The notes under the pieces were generated by a model that did not search any database, was not told where the DNA came from, and worked only from the letters and a program-made list of their open reading frames with translations. Below, piece by piece: positions 18,093-27,707 of a stretch of DNA of 64,000 nucleotides. A program made the translations under genes and the position numbers. How positions within the stretch are numbered: the stretch's first letter is position 1; every line of letters starts with the position of its first letter. Origin of the DNA: Flavobacterium sp. (GTDB lineage Bacteria > Bacteroidota > Bacteroidia > Flavobacteriales > Flavobacteriaceae); NCBI RefSeq assembly GCF_031537875.1, contig NZ_JAVKNB010000011.1, forward strand, positions 51,329 through 115,328. The letters are read 5' to 3'.

Positions 18093-19364
18093 TTACTCCT
18101 CTTTTCGATGTTCTTCCAAGTCTTTTTCTAAATCCAATTTTCTAAAGGTAGGAGAAGAAATTCCAGTAATCAAAACAGTTAATAGTGTCATGCTTCCGCC
18201 AAAAACGACTGCGGTCACCGTTCCCATTAATTTAGCAGTCAATCCACTTTCAAAAGCCCCTAATTCGTTAGATGAACCTACAAAAATAGAATTCACCGCC
18301 GCTACACGACCTCGCATGTGGTCAGGAGTTTTGAGTTGTAAAATCGTTTGGCGAATCACTACCGAAATACCATCCACCACTCCGCTCATGAACAAGGCAA
18401 AAACGGACAACCAGAAATAAGTAGAGAGACCAAAGACAATAATACAGAGTCCAAAAGCAAAAATAGCTACTAACAATTTTATTCCTGCATTTTTATTCAA
18501 AGGCACATAAGCCGAAATGAACATGGTTAAGAAAGCGCCAATTGCAGGTGCCGCTCTCAAAATTCCAAAACCTTCTGACCCCACTTTTAAGATGTCTTGA
18601 GCGAAAATAGGCAACAACGCTACTGCACCTCCAAACAACACCGCAATCATATCTAACGAAAGTGCGCCTAAAATCGTTTTATTTTGGAACACAAATTTCA
18701 CTCCTTCTTTCAAACTTTGCATTACGGGTTCGCCAATTTTTGGATTCAAAATGGGTTTGGATTCAATTTTTGACAAGGCAATTAGTGCCAATACAGAAAA
18801 AGCGACTACTGTACACATAGACCAGTGAATACCAATCCAAGTAATCGAAAATCCGGCTACGGCTGGGCCTAAAACAGAAGCAATTTGCCATACGGAACTG
18901 CTCCAAGTAGCCGCATTAGGATAGGCTTTTTTGGGAACAATTTGCGACATTAAAGAGAAAACTGTAGGTCCTAAAAAGGAGCGAACTAATCCTCCTAAAA
19001 AAACTAAGAAATAAATACTGTATAGAACTATTGGAGTAGACCAGCCACTAGCGACTACAGGCCAAGTCAATAAAAACAATCCTAAACTAATGATAGAAAA
19101 GCCTAAGATGCATTTAAAAAGCATACTTTTTTTCTCATTTTGATCTACAATATGTCCTGCAAACAACGCCATCGATACCGCGGGGATAATTTCCATTAAC
19201 CCGATAATTCCTAATGACAAGGCGCTTTTGGTCAAGCTGTAGACCTGCCATTCAATGACAATAAATTGCATTGACCAGGCAAAAACCATAGCAAATCGCA
19301 AGATTAAAAACACGTTAAATTCTCTGTAGCGCAAGGCTTCGTAGGGGTCATTTTTTTGTTTCAT
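18093..19364 (-). CDS. MFS transporter (12 TM)
   Basis: Hydrophobic 12-TM profile typical of MFS_1. Start set to ATG 19364 (MKQKNDPYEALRYREF), which overlaps the recJ stop as TAATG. Confidence 0.85.
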   Translation of the reverse strand: MKQKNDPYEALRYREFNVFLILRFAMVFAWSMQFIVIEWQVYSLTKSALSLGIIGLMEIIPAVSMALFAGHIVDQNEKKSMLFKCILGFSIISLGLFLLTWPVVASGWSTPIVLYSIYFLVFLGGLVRSFLGPTVFSLMSQIVPKKAYPNAATWSSSVWQIASVLGPAVAGFSITWIGIHWSMCTVVAFSVLALIALSKIESKPILNPKIGEPVMQSLKEGVKFVFQNKTILGALSLDMIAVLFGGAVALLPIFAQDILKVGSEGFGILRAAPAIGAFLTMFISAYVPLNKNAGIKLLVAIFAFGLCIIVFGLSTYFWLSVFALFMSGVVDGISVVIRQTILQLKTPDHMRGRVAAVNSIFVGSSNELGAFESGLTAKLMGTVTAVVFGGSMTLLTVLITGISSPTFRKLDLEKDLEEHRKEE

Positions 19365-21052
19365 TATTGAATATCTTTTAATCGAAGTTGGAGACTCAAT
19401 TGTCCATTCCATTCATTTTCATCAATGCAGTACGCCATTTGAAATGGCTTTTGATTAGCAACTAAATTTTTTTTATTGGCTAAGTTAAAACCAATGGCAG
19501 CGATGCCTTCGGAATTATTTTGTTTTACAAATAGTCGGATGTGCTCGTTATTGGCTCCCATAAATTTTGGATAACCCGTGTCGATTACATTTTTAGTAAC
19601 AAAAACCGGGGTCATATTTTGTGGTCCAAAAGGCTCAAATTGTTTTAAAATCCGAATGAGTTTTGGGTTAATGTCTGAAAAATTAATTTCGGCATCCAGC
19701 TCTATTTCGGGAGTCAATAATTCGGAGTCAATAGTTTCTTGTACTACTTTTTCGAAAGCGTTTTTAAAAGCCTCGTAATTCTCTGCCTTCAACGTCATTC
19801 CTGCGGCATACATATGTCCGCCAAATTGCTCCAAATGTTCCGAACAGGCTTCCAGTGCATTGTAGACGTCAAAACCTCTTACAGAACGGGCCGAAGCGGC
19901 ATAGTAATCGCCACTTTGAGTAAAAACCAAAGTAGGTCGGTAATAGGTTTCAATCAATCGAGAAGCCACAATTCCAATCACTCCTTTGTGCCAATTTTCT
20001 TGAAAAACCACTGTGGTAAAACGCTCTTGTTCGTTGTTTTCTTCAATTTGCAACAAGGCTTCTTGAGTGATTTGTTTGTCCAAGCCTTTGCGCTCTGAAT
20101 TGTAGTCTTCAATTTCTTTGGCAAATTGTTGGGCTTGTTCCAAATTAAATTCGGTTAATAATTCTACCGCATGATTGCCGTGTTTGATCCGTCCCGCTGC
20201 GTTGATTCGCGGAGCAATTACAAAAACGACATCCGTTATGGTAAGTGACTGTTTTTTTATTTGTTGGATCAGTGCTGCAATTCCAGGTCTTGGACTGGCA
20301 TTAATCACTTGTAATCCAAAGTGTGCTAAAACTCGGTTTTCGCCAGTTATGGGTACAATATCAGCGGCAATGGCTGTGGCAACTAAATCCAAATATGGAA
20401 TTAAATCATCAATAGTTTGATTTCGATTTTGGCTCAATGCCTGAATCAATTTGAATCCCACGCCGCAACCACATAATTCGTCATACGGATAGTGGCAATC
20501 GTCTCTTTTTGGGTCGAGAACGGCAACGGCTTCAGGCAAAGAATCTCCCGGTCTATGGTGGTCGCAAATGATAAAATCAATATTTTTTTCTTTGGCGTAA
20601 GCCACATGATCAATGGATTTGATACCGCAATCCAAAGCAATAATTAACGTAAAACCATTGTCTTCGGCAAAGTCAATCCCTTGAAACGAAATCCCGTAGC
20701 CTTCGGCATAGCGGTCTGGGATATAGGTCGCAATATTGGGATAAAAACTTTTCAAATACGAAGCCACTAAGGAAACGGCAGTCGTTCCGTCTACATCGTA
20801 ATCGCCAAAAACTAAAATATTTTCTTGATTTACAATCGCATTTTCTATCCGATTTACGGCTACATCCATGTCTTTCATTAAGAACGGATCGTGCAAATGG
20901 TCTAACGAAGGGCGAAAAAAAGTTTTGGCTTGGTCAAAGGAGGTAATTCCGCGTTGTATCAATAAAGTGGCAACCAAAGAATCAACATTCAATTCTTGGG
21001 CGAGTTGATCTACTTGTTCTTTTGCAGGTTTTGGTTTGATTGTCCAGCGCAT
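19364..21052 (-). CDS. recJ: Single-stranded-DNA-specific 5'-3' exonuclease RecJ
   Basis: DHH-family motifs GDYDVDGTT, DCG and ICDHHRPG plus a DHHA1 region (GGHMYAAG). Confidence 0.93.
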   Translation of the reverse strand: MRWTIKPKPAKEQVDQLAQELNVDSLVATLLIQRGITSFDQAKTFFRPSLDHLHDPFLMKDMDVAVNRIENAIVNQENILVFGDYDVDGTTAVSLVASYLKSFYPNIATYIPDRYAEGYGISFQGIDFAEDNGFTLIIALDCGIKSIDHVAYAKEKNIDFIICDHHRPGDSLPEAVAVLDPKRDDCHYPYDELCGCGVGFKLIQALSQNRNQTIDDLIPYLDLVATAIAADIVPITGENRVLAHFGLQVINASPRPGIAALIQQIKKQSLTITDVVFVIAPRINAAGRIKHGNHAVELLTEFNLEQAQQFAKEIEDYNSERKGLDKQITQEALLQIEENNEQERFTTVVFQENWHKGVIGIVASRLIETYYRPTLVFTQSGDYYAASARSVRGFDVYNALEACSEHLEQFGGHMYAAGMTLKAENYEAFKNAFEKVVQETIDSELLTPEIELDAEINFSDINPKLIRILKQFEPFGPQNMTPVFVTKNVIDTGYPKFMGANNEHIRLFVKQNNSEGIAAIGFNLANKKNLVANQKPFQMAYCIDENEWNGQLSLQLRLKDIQ

Positions 21053-21073
21053 AGTGATTTGGGATTTGGGTTT

Positions 21074-21418
21074 TTATTTTAGGCTTAAAGCGTCTCCTTC
21101 AAATTGAATTCCGTTCCAGCCTGATTGTATAAAATTACGAATATTTTGGTGGTTGGTTCCTTCCAGATCGCCTAAGACTTCTTCAAAATAATAGGCGCCA
21201 AAGCAAGCTAAAGTTTCCGCTTGGGTCAATTGTTGGATTTTGGCGAAAGCAAATACTTTGCAAGAACCTGAATTTTCTCCTGCCCCATTGTGTTGGTTGC
21301 CATTCTGAAAAGCAGTTGGCGTAAACTCGTAATTACTTTCAATTGTTGCAATGGTTTCAGCAAAAGTGATGGTTTCAGGGGTTTGTTTTAGTTTATTTAA
21401 AAAAGAGGCTAAGGTCAT
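21074..21418 (-). CDS. HopJ (type III effector HopPmaJ)-family small protein
   Basis: 114 aa. Conserved GENSGSCKVFAFA ... FGAYYFEEVL blocks typical of the HopJ family. Confidence 0.65.
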   Translation of the reverse strand: MTLASFLNKLKQTPETITFAETIATIESNYEFTPTAFQNGNQHNGAGENSGSCKVFAFAKIQQLTQAETLACFGAYYFEEVLGDLEGTNHQNIRNFIQSGWNGIQFEGDALSLK

Positions 21419-21430
21419 GATTTCTATATT

Positions 21431-22486
21431 TTATGAAAATTGTGAGGCTATGTTTTTTGCTGCAACTATCGCACCTTCCATATATCCTGGATGTTGCAAG
21501 GCCGTTTCTGAACCCGAAATATATAATTTATTATTTAAAAATGAATTTTGATAGAGTTGATGTCCGTTATTTTCATGTGCCATGACCAAATGGTCGTAAT
21601 TACTAAAAGTAAGCGGTTCATCACGCCATACTTTTTCATTGTAAGTAATATAATTTTTAGCATCCGAACCAAATAATTTTTCCAACTGTGTAATCACTTT
21701 TGTTTTTCTTTCTTCTAATGAAAGTATGCTGGTGCTACCATTTAAAAACCCTTTTAAAGCATAACCAGTATTGTCAAATGTACTATGGTCGTACATCTCG
21801 GTAATGATGCTGGCTTGACTAAATAAGGTGCCAGAATAATTGTTTTCTTTCCAAAATGGAGTGGCGTATTCTACAGCAAATTTTATAGATTCTCCCATCC
21901 AAGTATGAGTTTTTTTGGCCAAACTCACTAGTTTTTCTGGAAGTGGTGGGTTGAATGATAAGGTATTTACCATTAAGTTGGGGGGTAAAGTAGTGATCAC
22001 ACAATCAGCGATATAAACTGTTTCGTTTTGATCCAACACTTCCATTTGATTCCCAACTTCGTTTACAGCGATTACTTTAGTTTGTGTTTTTATATTGTCA
22101 TTCCCAATTCTTTCTGCTAGTTTTTCAATTAATTTTTGCGTTCCACCTTTTATGCGAAAAGAAGGTTCTTCAAATTCTGAAATTTCAAATTTTTGAGGGG
22201 GTACAAAAGACATCGTCTCAAACAACGAAATACCTTGAGTATGTTGTTTAAAATAGCTTAATTCTAATTCGTCTAACAATTGAAAAAGATGGGGGTGCAG
22301 TTTGCTAAACCAAGTCGCTCCCATTTCGATTGTTGCGTTTGTTGTGCCATTTCGAGTTTCGATGCGCCCTCCAATTCGTGTGTTGGCCTCCAAAAGGGTA
22401 ACATGAATACCTTTTTTCTGTAATAAATAACCACATGTAAGACCATTTAATCCAGCTCCTATGACGATTACTTTTGGGATATTCAT
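21431..22486 (-). CDS. NAD(P)/FAD-dependent oxidoreductase (flavin amine-oxidase-like)
   Basis: N-terminal Rossmann motif VIVIGAGLNGLTCGYLL ... LEANTRIGGRI typical of the amine oxidase / protoporphyrinogen oxidase superfamily. Confidence 0.8.
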   Translation of the reverse strand: MNIPKVIVIGAGLNGLTCGYLLQKKGIHVTLLEANTRIGGRIETRNGTTNATIEMGATWFSKLHPHLFQLLDELELSYFKQHTQGISLFETMSFVPPQKFEISEFEEPSFRIKGGTQKLIEKLAERIGNDNIKTQTKVIAVNEVGNQMEVLDQNETVYIADCVITTLPPNLMVNTLSFNPPLPEKLVSLAKKTHTWMGESIKFAVEYATPFWKENNYSGTLFSQASIITEMYDHSTFDNTGYALKGFLNGSTSILSLEERKTKVITQLEKLFGSDAKNYITYNEKVWRDEPLTFSNYDHLVMAHENNGHQLYQNSFLNNKLYISGSETALQHPGYMEGAIVAAKNIASQFS

Positions 22487-23200
22487 TTATTCTTCTTCTG
22501 AAAATTTATTTTTCTTAGCTTCTTTCACAACTGGTTTTCCACCTACAACCACAACGATTTCGCCTCTTGGAGCCGTTTTTTCGAAATGAGTTAACACTTC
22601 TCTAACCGTACCTCTAACATTTTCTTCATGGAGTTTAGATAATTCTCTTGAAACCGAAACTGGTCGGTCTTCTCCAAAGTAGGTCGCAAATTCAGCCAAT
22701 GTTTTTACTAATTTGTGTGGCGAAACATACAAAATCATCGTTCTAGTTTCTTCGGCCAAAGCCAAAAAACGAGTTTGTCTTCCTTTTTTGTCAGGCAAAA
22801 AACCTTCAAAAATAAATTTATCGTTAGGTAAACCGCTATTAACCAAAGCTGGTACGAATGCTGTAGCACCAGGCAAACATTCAACTTCGATTCCTTTTTC
22901 GATACAAGCACGGGTCAATAAGAAACCAGGATCTGAAATAGCAGGAGTTCCTGCATCAGATATCAAGGCAATGTTTTCGCCCGCTTGTAATCTCGCAATG
23001 ACATTCTCCACCGTTTTGTGCTCGTTGTGCATGTGGTGACTGTGCATGTGCGTGCTAATCTCAAAATGTTTCAATAATTTGCCACTTGTACGCGTGTCTT
23101 CAGCAAGAATTAAATCGACTTCTTTCAAGATGCGAATGGCACGAAAAGTCATGTCTTCAAGATTGCCAATAGGCGTTGGAACGATGTATAATTTTGACAT
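22487..23200 (-). CDS. rsmI: 16S rRNA (cytidine1402-2'-O)-methyltransferase
   Basis: LYIVPTPIGNLEDMTFRAIRILKEVDLILAEDTR, a tetrapyrrole-methylase-fold RsmI signature. Confidence 0.9.
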   Translation of the reverse strand: MSKLYIVPTPIGNLEDMTFRAIRILKEVDLILAEDTRTSGKLLKHFEISTHMHSHHMHNEHKTVENVIARLQAGENIALISDAGTPAISDPGFLLTRACIEKGIEVECLPGATAFVPALVNSGLPNDKFIFEGFLPDKKGRQTRFLALAEETRTMILYVSPHKLVKTLAEFATYFGEDRPVSVSRELSKLHEENVRGTVREVLTHFEKTAPRGEIVVVVGGKPVVKEAKKNKFSEEE

Positions 23201-23232
23201 TCGGCGCTAAAAATTCAATTGATAAAAGGGAA

Positions 23233-24150
23233 TTACAAGAATTTTTTCTCGATAATTTCCATAAAACGTTCTTCGTATTCTTCTTTTCCTTCCCAGTTGT
23301 TGTAGTCTGGTTTTACCATATCTCTGATGAAATCTCGGGTTTCATAGAACGTATCGAAAGTGATTAATTGATTTAATACACGATTGTAATCTTCAGGGTC
23401 ATTCCCAAAAAGATGTTTGGTAAAGGCAATACGATCGTTCAAATCGATACTGATTCCTTTGGCTAATTTTTCGTTTAGCGATACCGATTTAGGTTTTTCT
23501 ACTTCCTCAGGAATTTCCATTTCATCAATCGATATCGAAACAGTTTCAATAACTTCTTCCGCTTCTTCTTCAACAGGAGTTTCATAGGCATTGCTCTCCA
23601 CTTTAACGAATAAGTCTTCATTAAAATCACCGCCAATTAAGTCTTCAAAAGAAATTTGAACTGCTTCCTGTTTTGGAGCTTCTTCGATAAGTTCTTCTTC
23701 CTCTTTTTCTAATTCAAAAGCAGGGATGAAAGGGGGTTCGGTTTCTTCGTCTTCAGTTTCATCCTCGTCGTTGTCTTCATCTAGGGTTTCTAAATCTTCA
23801 CTTTCTTCAAAAATAGGCTCCTCCATTTCGGTGATTTCCTCTTGTTCCTCTTCTTCAAGAACCAATTCAGGAGTTGCTTCTACTTCAGGAAGACTATTGT
23901 CTTCTATGATAATAGTAACAGGCACCTCATTTTCAATAGCCTCAAAAGCGGCCTCGATTTTTTGTTCTATTTCGGCTTGTCCAATGGTTGGTTTACTATC
24001 GCCAAAATGGTCGTCAACAAAGCGTAACAGTGCCAATTTTTCGTATAATTTTTGCGTTTCCAGATACAATTGATTGATATCAGACTTGTTTTTTAATTGT
24101 AAAATTCGGTGTGCAATGCTGATTAAATCGGCTTCCAATCTCTTTTTCAT
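23233..24150 (-). CDS. Conserved hypothetical protein with a ~150-aa poly-acidic (E/D-rich) central region
   Basis: Structured N-terminal (~55 aa) and C-terminal (~90 aa) parts flank a low-complexity E/D tract. No recognisable catalytic motif. Confidence 0.6.
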   Translation of the reverse strand: MKKRLEADLISIAHRILQLKNKSDINQLYLETQKLYEKLALLRFVDDHFGDSKPTIGQAEIEQKIEAAFEAIENEVPVTIIIEDNSLPEVEATPELVLEEEEQEEITEMEEPIFEESEDLETLDEDNDEDETEDEETEPPFIPAFELEKEEEELIEEAPKQEAVQISFEDLIGGDFNEDLFVKVESNAYETPVEEEAEEVIETVSISIDEMEIPEEVEKPKSVSLNEKLAKGISIDLNDRIAFTKHLFGNDPEDYNRVLNQLITFDTFYETRDFIRDMVKPDYNNWEGKEEYEERFMEIIEKKFL

Positions 24151-24331
24151 TTGACTTAAATTATAGGATGTATGTTGTATTGTATGTGTGTTGTTTTTTA
24201 TTTTTAATTTCGGAAAACTAGGGGCGGTGCTTTAGAAAATTTTTTTACATTTGGAAACACGTAAAAGTATAAAAATTTATAATCAATTTATACCTTACAA
24301 AGGAATAAAAACTAAGTTAGATAAATAGAAA

Positions 24332-24928
24332 ATGTTTCTCGAAAATACAGTAAATCATAAAGAACAATTTGGTTGGATCGAAGTGATCTGCGGGTCGATG
24401 TTTTCGGGTAAAACAGAAGAATTGATTCGCCGATTAAAACGCGCTCAGTTTGCCAAACAAAAAGTAGAAATTTTCAAGCCAGCGGTTGATACCCGTTACC
24501 ATGACGAAATGGTGGTTTCGCATGACTCCAATGAAATTCGTTCGACTCCAGTTCCTGCGGCTGCTAATATTGCGATTTTGGCACAAGGCTGTGATGTGGT
24601 CGGGATTGACGAAGCACAGTTTTTTGATGATGAAATTGTACGTGTTTGTAATGATTTAGCCAATCGTGGGATTCGTGTGATTGTGGCAGGATTGGATATG
24701 GATTTTAAAGGTAATCCTTTCGGTCCGATGCCTGCTTTAATGGCTACTGCCGAATATGTAACCAAAGTGCATGCGGTATGTACCCGAACAGGTAATCTAG
24801 CTAATTATAGCTTTAGAAAAACCGATAATGATAAATTAGTAATGCTAGGTGAAACTGAGGAGTACGAACCCTTAAGCAGAGCAGCGTATTTTCATGCGAT
24901 GAGAAAAAATGAAGAGAATGATTCTTAA
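24332..24928 (+). CDS. tdk: Thymidine kinase
   Basis: P-loop [11 protein letters not shown], a DEAQFF block and a C-terminal zinc-ribbon-like region. Confidence 0.93.
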   Translation: MFLENTVNHKEQFGWIEVICGSMFSGKTEELIRRLKRAQFAKQKVEIFKPAVDTRYHDEMVVSHDSNEIRSTPVPAAANIAILAQGCDVVGIDEAQFFDDEIVRVCNDLANRGIRVIVAGLDMDFKGNPFGPMPALMATAEYVTKVHAVCTRTGNLANYSFRKTDNDKLVMLGETEEYEPLSRAAYFHAMRKNEENDS

Positions 24929-24937
24929 TAATAAAGT

Positions 24938-24972
24938 AAAAAAAGGGAAAACAATTTGTTTTCCCTTTTTAA
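24938..24972. terminator. Bidirectional terminator between tdk and the convergent lipoprotein gene
   Basis: A-run, GGGAAAAC-AATTT-GTTTTCCC, then T-run. Confidence 0.75.
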
Positions 24973-24986
24973 TTTATTGGTTTTTT

Positions 24987-26042
24987 TTATTCTTTGAGTT
25001 GTAGCCCAAAAATATAACTAGGTACGGTAGAATTTGTATTAATAATAATTGGGTTGTTGTTTAGAGGAGTTAAGTCAAATGCTAGTATGTTAGTTTGGTC
25101 ACCATTTCTATTATATGTTGTTAAATAATAAAATTCAGTTGTGTAGTCGTATGCACTTGACATTCGTTCTCCATTAATATTTATATTAGAAGTAGCTACT
25201 GAAGTAGTAGAGGGTGTGATTTTAATAAGTTCACTTCCAGCTGCTTGATTTTTAATTGCGTAAAAAGTACTACTATCAAACACTTCCAAACCGTTATACA
25301 TAAACGTACCGCTTGTATTAACAGGTAAATTGCTATTTATAATATTTAAAGATGGATTAGGAATAGTTGTATCTAATGATTTTAGCGCACCGCCTACAAT
25401 GAAATATAATTTACCTGAAAGTGAAGTCATGTTCGAAATATAACCAGTTGTATTAGCTGAACCAACATGAATAGGGGTAAATGAAGTAATTGGTGTCATA
25501 GAGTTAACATCATACTCAGTTAAATAGTTATTGATAATAAAAAATAGACGGCTTCCAACAAATTCCATTGCTTGTACCCCAGAAATAGTATAAATAGTAG
25601 GTGCTGATGAAGTAATAGTTGCAGCACTAGTTTTAATGTAATATTTTCCTACGTATTGATTAGTAGAAATTAGATAAATTCCTGCAGTTTTATTATAAGT
25701 TGAATTTTGAGATGACATTACTTGATTAGTAAGTAAATGTGGTGCAAATGAGTCTGTTCTTACAGGGATGGGTAGTGACATTGCGACAGGTTCTACTTTT
25801 AAGTTCCATATATTACAGTCTCCCGCAGGAGTATTGGCATTAGTAGATTGAATAGCAATGTATTGAAAAGTAGAAGTAACGGGATTAGGGTCGCTGGATG
25901 AACAGTTGCTCAAGGAAATACCAATTAGAAATAAGTAAGCTATTCTAAAGTGGAGCTTGATAAATTGAGCTATTTTTTTTGGGGTAAAAAAAATCGACTC
26001 ACTAAGATACTTTAGTGTGTCTAATAAATTTGGGATTTTCAT
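24987..26042 (-). CDS. Hypothetical lipoprotein, S/T/N-rich, predicted all-beta (propeller-like)
   Basis: Lipobox LSNC at residues ~44-47. Repetitive beta-strand-like segments. No recognisable family. The 5' end is uncertain because the signal region is unusually long. Confidence 0.55.
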   Translation of the reverse strand: MKIPNLLDTLKYLSESIFFTPKKIAQFIKLHFRIAYLFLIGISLSNCSSSDPNPVTSTFQYIAIQSTNANTPAGDCNIWNLKVEPVAMSLPIPVRTDSFAPHLLTNQVMSSQNSTYNKTAGIYLISTNQYVGKYYIKTSAATITSSAPTIYTISGVQAMEFVGSRLFFIINNYLTEYDVNSMTPITSFTPIHVGSANTTGYISNMTSLSGKLYFIVGGALKSLDTTIPNPSLNIINSNLPVNTSGTFMYNGLEVFDSSTFYAIKNQAAGSELIKITPSTTSVATSNININGERMSSAYDYTTEFYYLTTYNRNGDQTNILAFDLTPLNNNPIIINTNSTVPSYIFGLQLKE

Positions 26043-26169
26043 AAGATTGGGGGCTTTAAGTTTTGGAAAATTATTTTAATTTGGGATTACTATTGTGCAA
26101 TATTAATTAATTTTATTAAACAATATATCACTGAATTTAGTGATTTTTAAATGGTTGTAAAATTTACTC

Positions 26170-27636
26170 TTACATCTTCTTCCGCATTCTCGCTACTGGA
26201 ATATCGAGTTGTTCGCGGTATTTTGCAATCGTTCTTCGGGCAATAGGGTAACCTTTTTCTTTTAAAATTTCTGCTAATTGATCATCGGGAAGCGGTTTGT
26301 GTTTGTCTTCTTCTTCAATTACGGTTTGTAAAATCTTTTTTATTTCTAGGGTAGAAACATCTTCTCCTTGGTCATTTTTCATCGCTTCAGAGAAAAACTC
26401 TTTGATTAACTTAGTGCCATAAGGAGTTTCCACATATTTACTATTGGCAACTCGAGAAATTGTCGAAATATCCAAGCCTACTAAGTCAGCGATGTCTTTC
26501 AAAATCATCGGTTTCAACTTGGTTTCGTCGCCTTCTAAAAAGAATTCTTCTTGGTAATGCATAATGGCATTCATGGTGACAAAAAGTGTTTCTTGACGTT
26601 GACGAATCGCATCGATAAACCATTTCGCCGAATCTAATTTTTGTTTGATGAACTGCACCGCTTCTTTTTGCTGACTCGATTTGTCTTTAGAAACTTTGTA
26701 TGTTTGCAACATTTCTTGGTAGTCTCTAGAAACGTGAAGGGAAGGGGCATTTCGGCCATTCAAACTCAGTTCTAGTTTGCCCTCCACAATTCGGATGGCA
26801 AAATCAGGAACTACATTTTCCGTCACCTTATTATTCCCTGTAAAAGAACCTCCGGGTTTCGGATTCAGTTTTTCTATTTCGTAAACGGCTTTTTTGAGTT
26901 GGTCGTTTGAAACATTGTATTTTTGTAAGAGCTTGTCGTAATGTTTTTTGGTAAAAGCATCAAATTGATTTTCGATAATATCAGTTGCCAATTCGATGTA
27001 TTCGGTTGGGGTTTTGTGTTTGAGTTGCAACAACAAGCATTCTTGCAAATCACGCGCACCTACACCCGATGGTTCTAATTCGTGAATCACATGCAAGAGA
27101 CGTTCTACCGTTTTTTCATCCGTGTAAACCGCTTGGGTGAAGGCCAAATCATCCACAATATCGGAGATGCTTCTTCGAATGTAGCCCATATCGTCAATAC
27201 TTCCTACTAGGAATTCTGCGATTTCTCGGTCGGCTTCGCTTAGGATAAACGTATTGAGTTGGTTGATTAAATCTTGGTGAAAACTAATCGGCGCAGCAAA
27301 AGGCGCATCGTGGTCTTCATCGTCATCACTATAATTGTTGGTTTGTGTTTTGTAATCGGGCGTTTCGTCGTTGCTTAGATAATCGTCTATGTTGATTTCT
27401 TCGGCATCGATACGTTCTGATTCGGCATCATCATAATCATCATAGTCTTCCGTTTCAAACTCGTCTTTTACATATTCCTCTTCTTCTTTTCCTGATTCGA
27501 GTGCTGGATTTTCGTTCATTTCTTCTAATAAACGTTGCTCAAAAGCTTGCGTAGGCAACTGAATTAACTTCATCAACTGAATTTGTTGAGGAGATAATTT
27601 CTGGGATAATTTGAGATTTAGGAATTGCTTTAGCAT
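26170..27636 (-). CDS. rpoN: RNA polymerase sigma-54 factor
   Basis: N-terminal Gln/Leu-rich region I, an acidic region II, and a C-terminal HTH plus RpoN box (ARRTIAKYREQLDIP). Confidence 0.93.
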   Translation of the reverse strand: MLKQFLNLKLSQKLSPQQIQLMKLIQLPTQAFEQRLLEEMNENPALESGKEEEEYVKDEFETEDYDDYDDAESERIDAEEINIDDYLSNDETPDYKTQTNNYSDDDEDHDAPFAAPISFHQDLINQLNTFILSEADREIAEFLVGSIDDMGYIRRSISDIVDDLAFTQAVYTDEKTVERLLHVIHELEPSGVGARDLQECLLLQLKHKTPTEYIELATDIIENQFDAFTKKHYDKLLQKYNVSNDQLKKAVYEIEKLNPKPGGSFTGNNKVTENVVPDFAIRIVEGKLELSLNGRNAPSLHVSRDYQEMLQTYKVSKDKSSQQKEAVQFIKQKLDSAKWFIDAIRQRQETLFVTMNAIMHYQEEFFLEGDETKLKPMILKDIADLVGLDISTISRVANSKYVETPYGTKLIKEFFSEAMKNDQGEDVSTLEIKKILQTVIEEEDKHKPLPDDQLAEILKEKGYPIARRTIAKYREQLDIPVARMRKKM

Positions 27637-27650
27637 TTATTTTGTTTAAA

Positions 27651-27707
27651 AGTTTAAGGTTTAAAGTTTAAGGTTGCAGCATTTTCAACAACTTTAAACT
27701 TTAAACT
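27651..27707. repeat. AT-rich imperfect inverted repeat built from GTTTAA(A/G) heptads (asnS-rpoN spacer)
   Basis: AGTTTAAGGTTTAAAGTTTAAGGTT ... AACAACTTTAAACTTTAAACT. The arms are largely complementary around an 11-nt loop. Confidence 0.6.

Noticed and set aside
18049-18420. A 123-aa plus-strand ORF overlapping the 3' end of the MFS gene and the start of the DUF2200 gene.
   Set aside because: It is antisense to two convincing genes and has no recognisable motif or start context. The same reasoning applies to the ORFs at 277-507, 19739-20098, 22713-23039, 23726-24073, 30774-31064, 34227-34523, 42184-42504, 46688-46987, 48475-48771, 56135-56470 and 62597-62905.
24166-24200. A TG-rich tract, GTATGTTGTATTGTATGTGTGTTGTTTTTT, upstream of the acidic-protein gene. 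I considered it as another member of the GTGGCA(n) element family.
   Set aside because: It ends in a T-run rather than GTGG plus an A-run. It lacks the AATC/CTATG cores and shows no clear 8-9-bp periodicity. It is more likely a simple-sequence tract.
26120-26150. The hairpin ATCACT-GAATTT-AGTGAT followed by TTTTAAA, downstream of rpoN.
   Set aside because: The T-run is on the plus strand, whereas the gene needing a terminator (rpoN) is on the minus strand, where no U-tract follows the stem. It is a weak 6-bp AT-rich stem.
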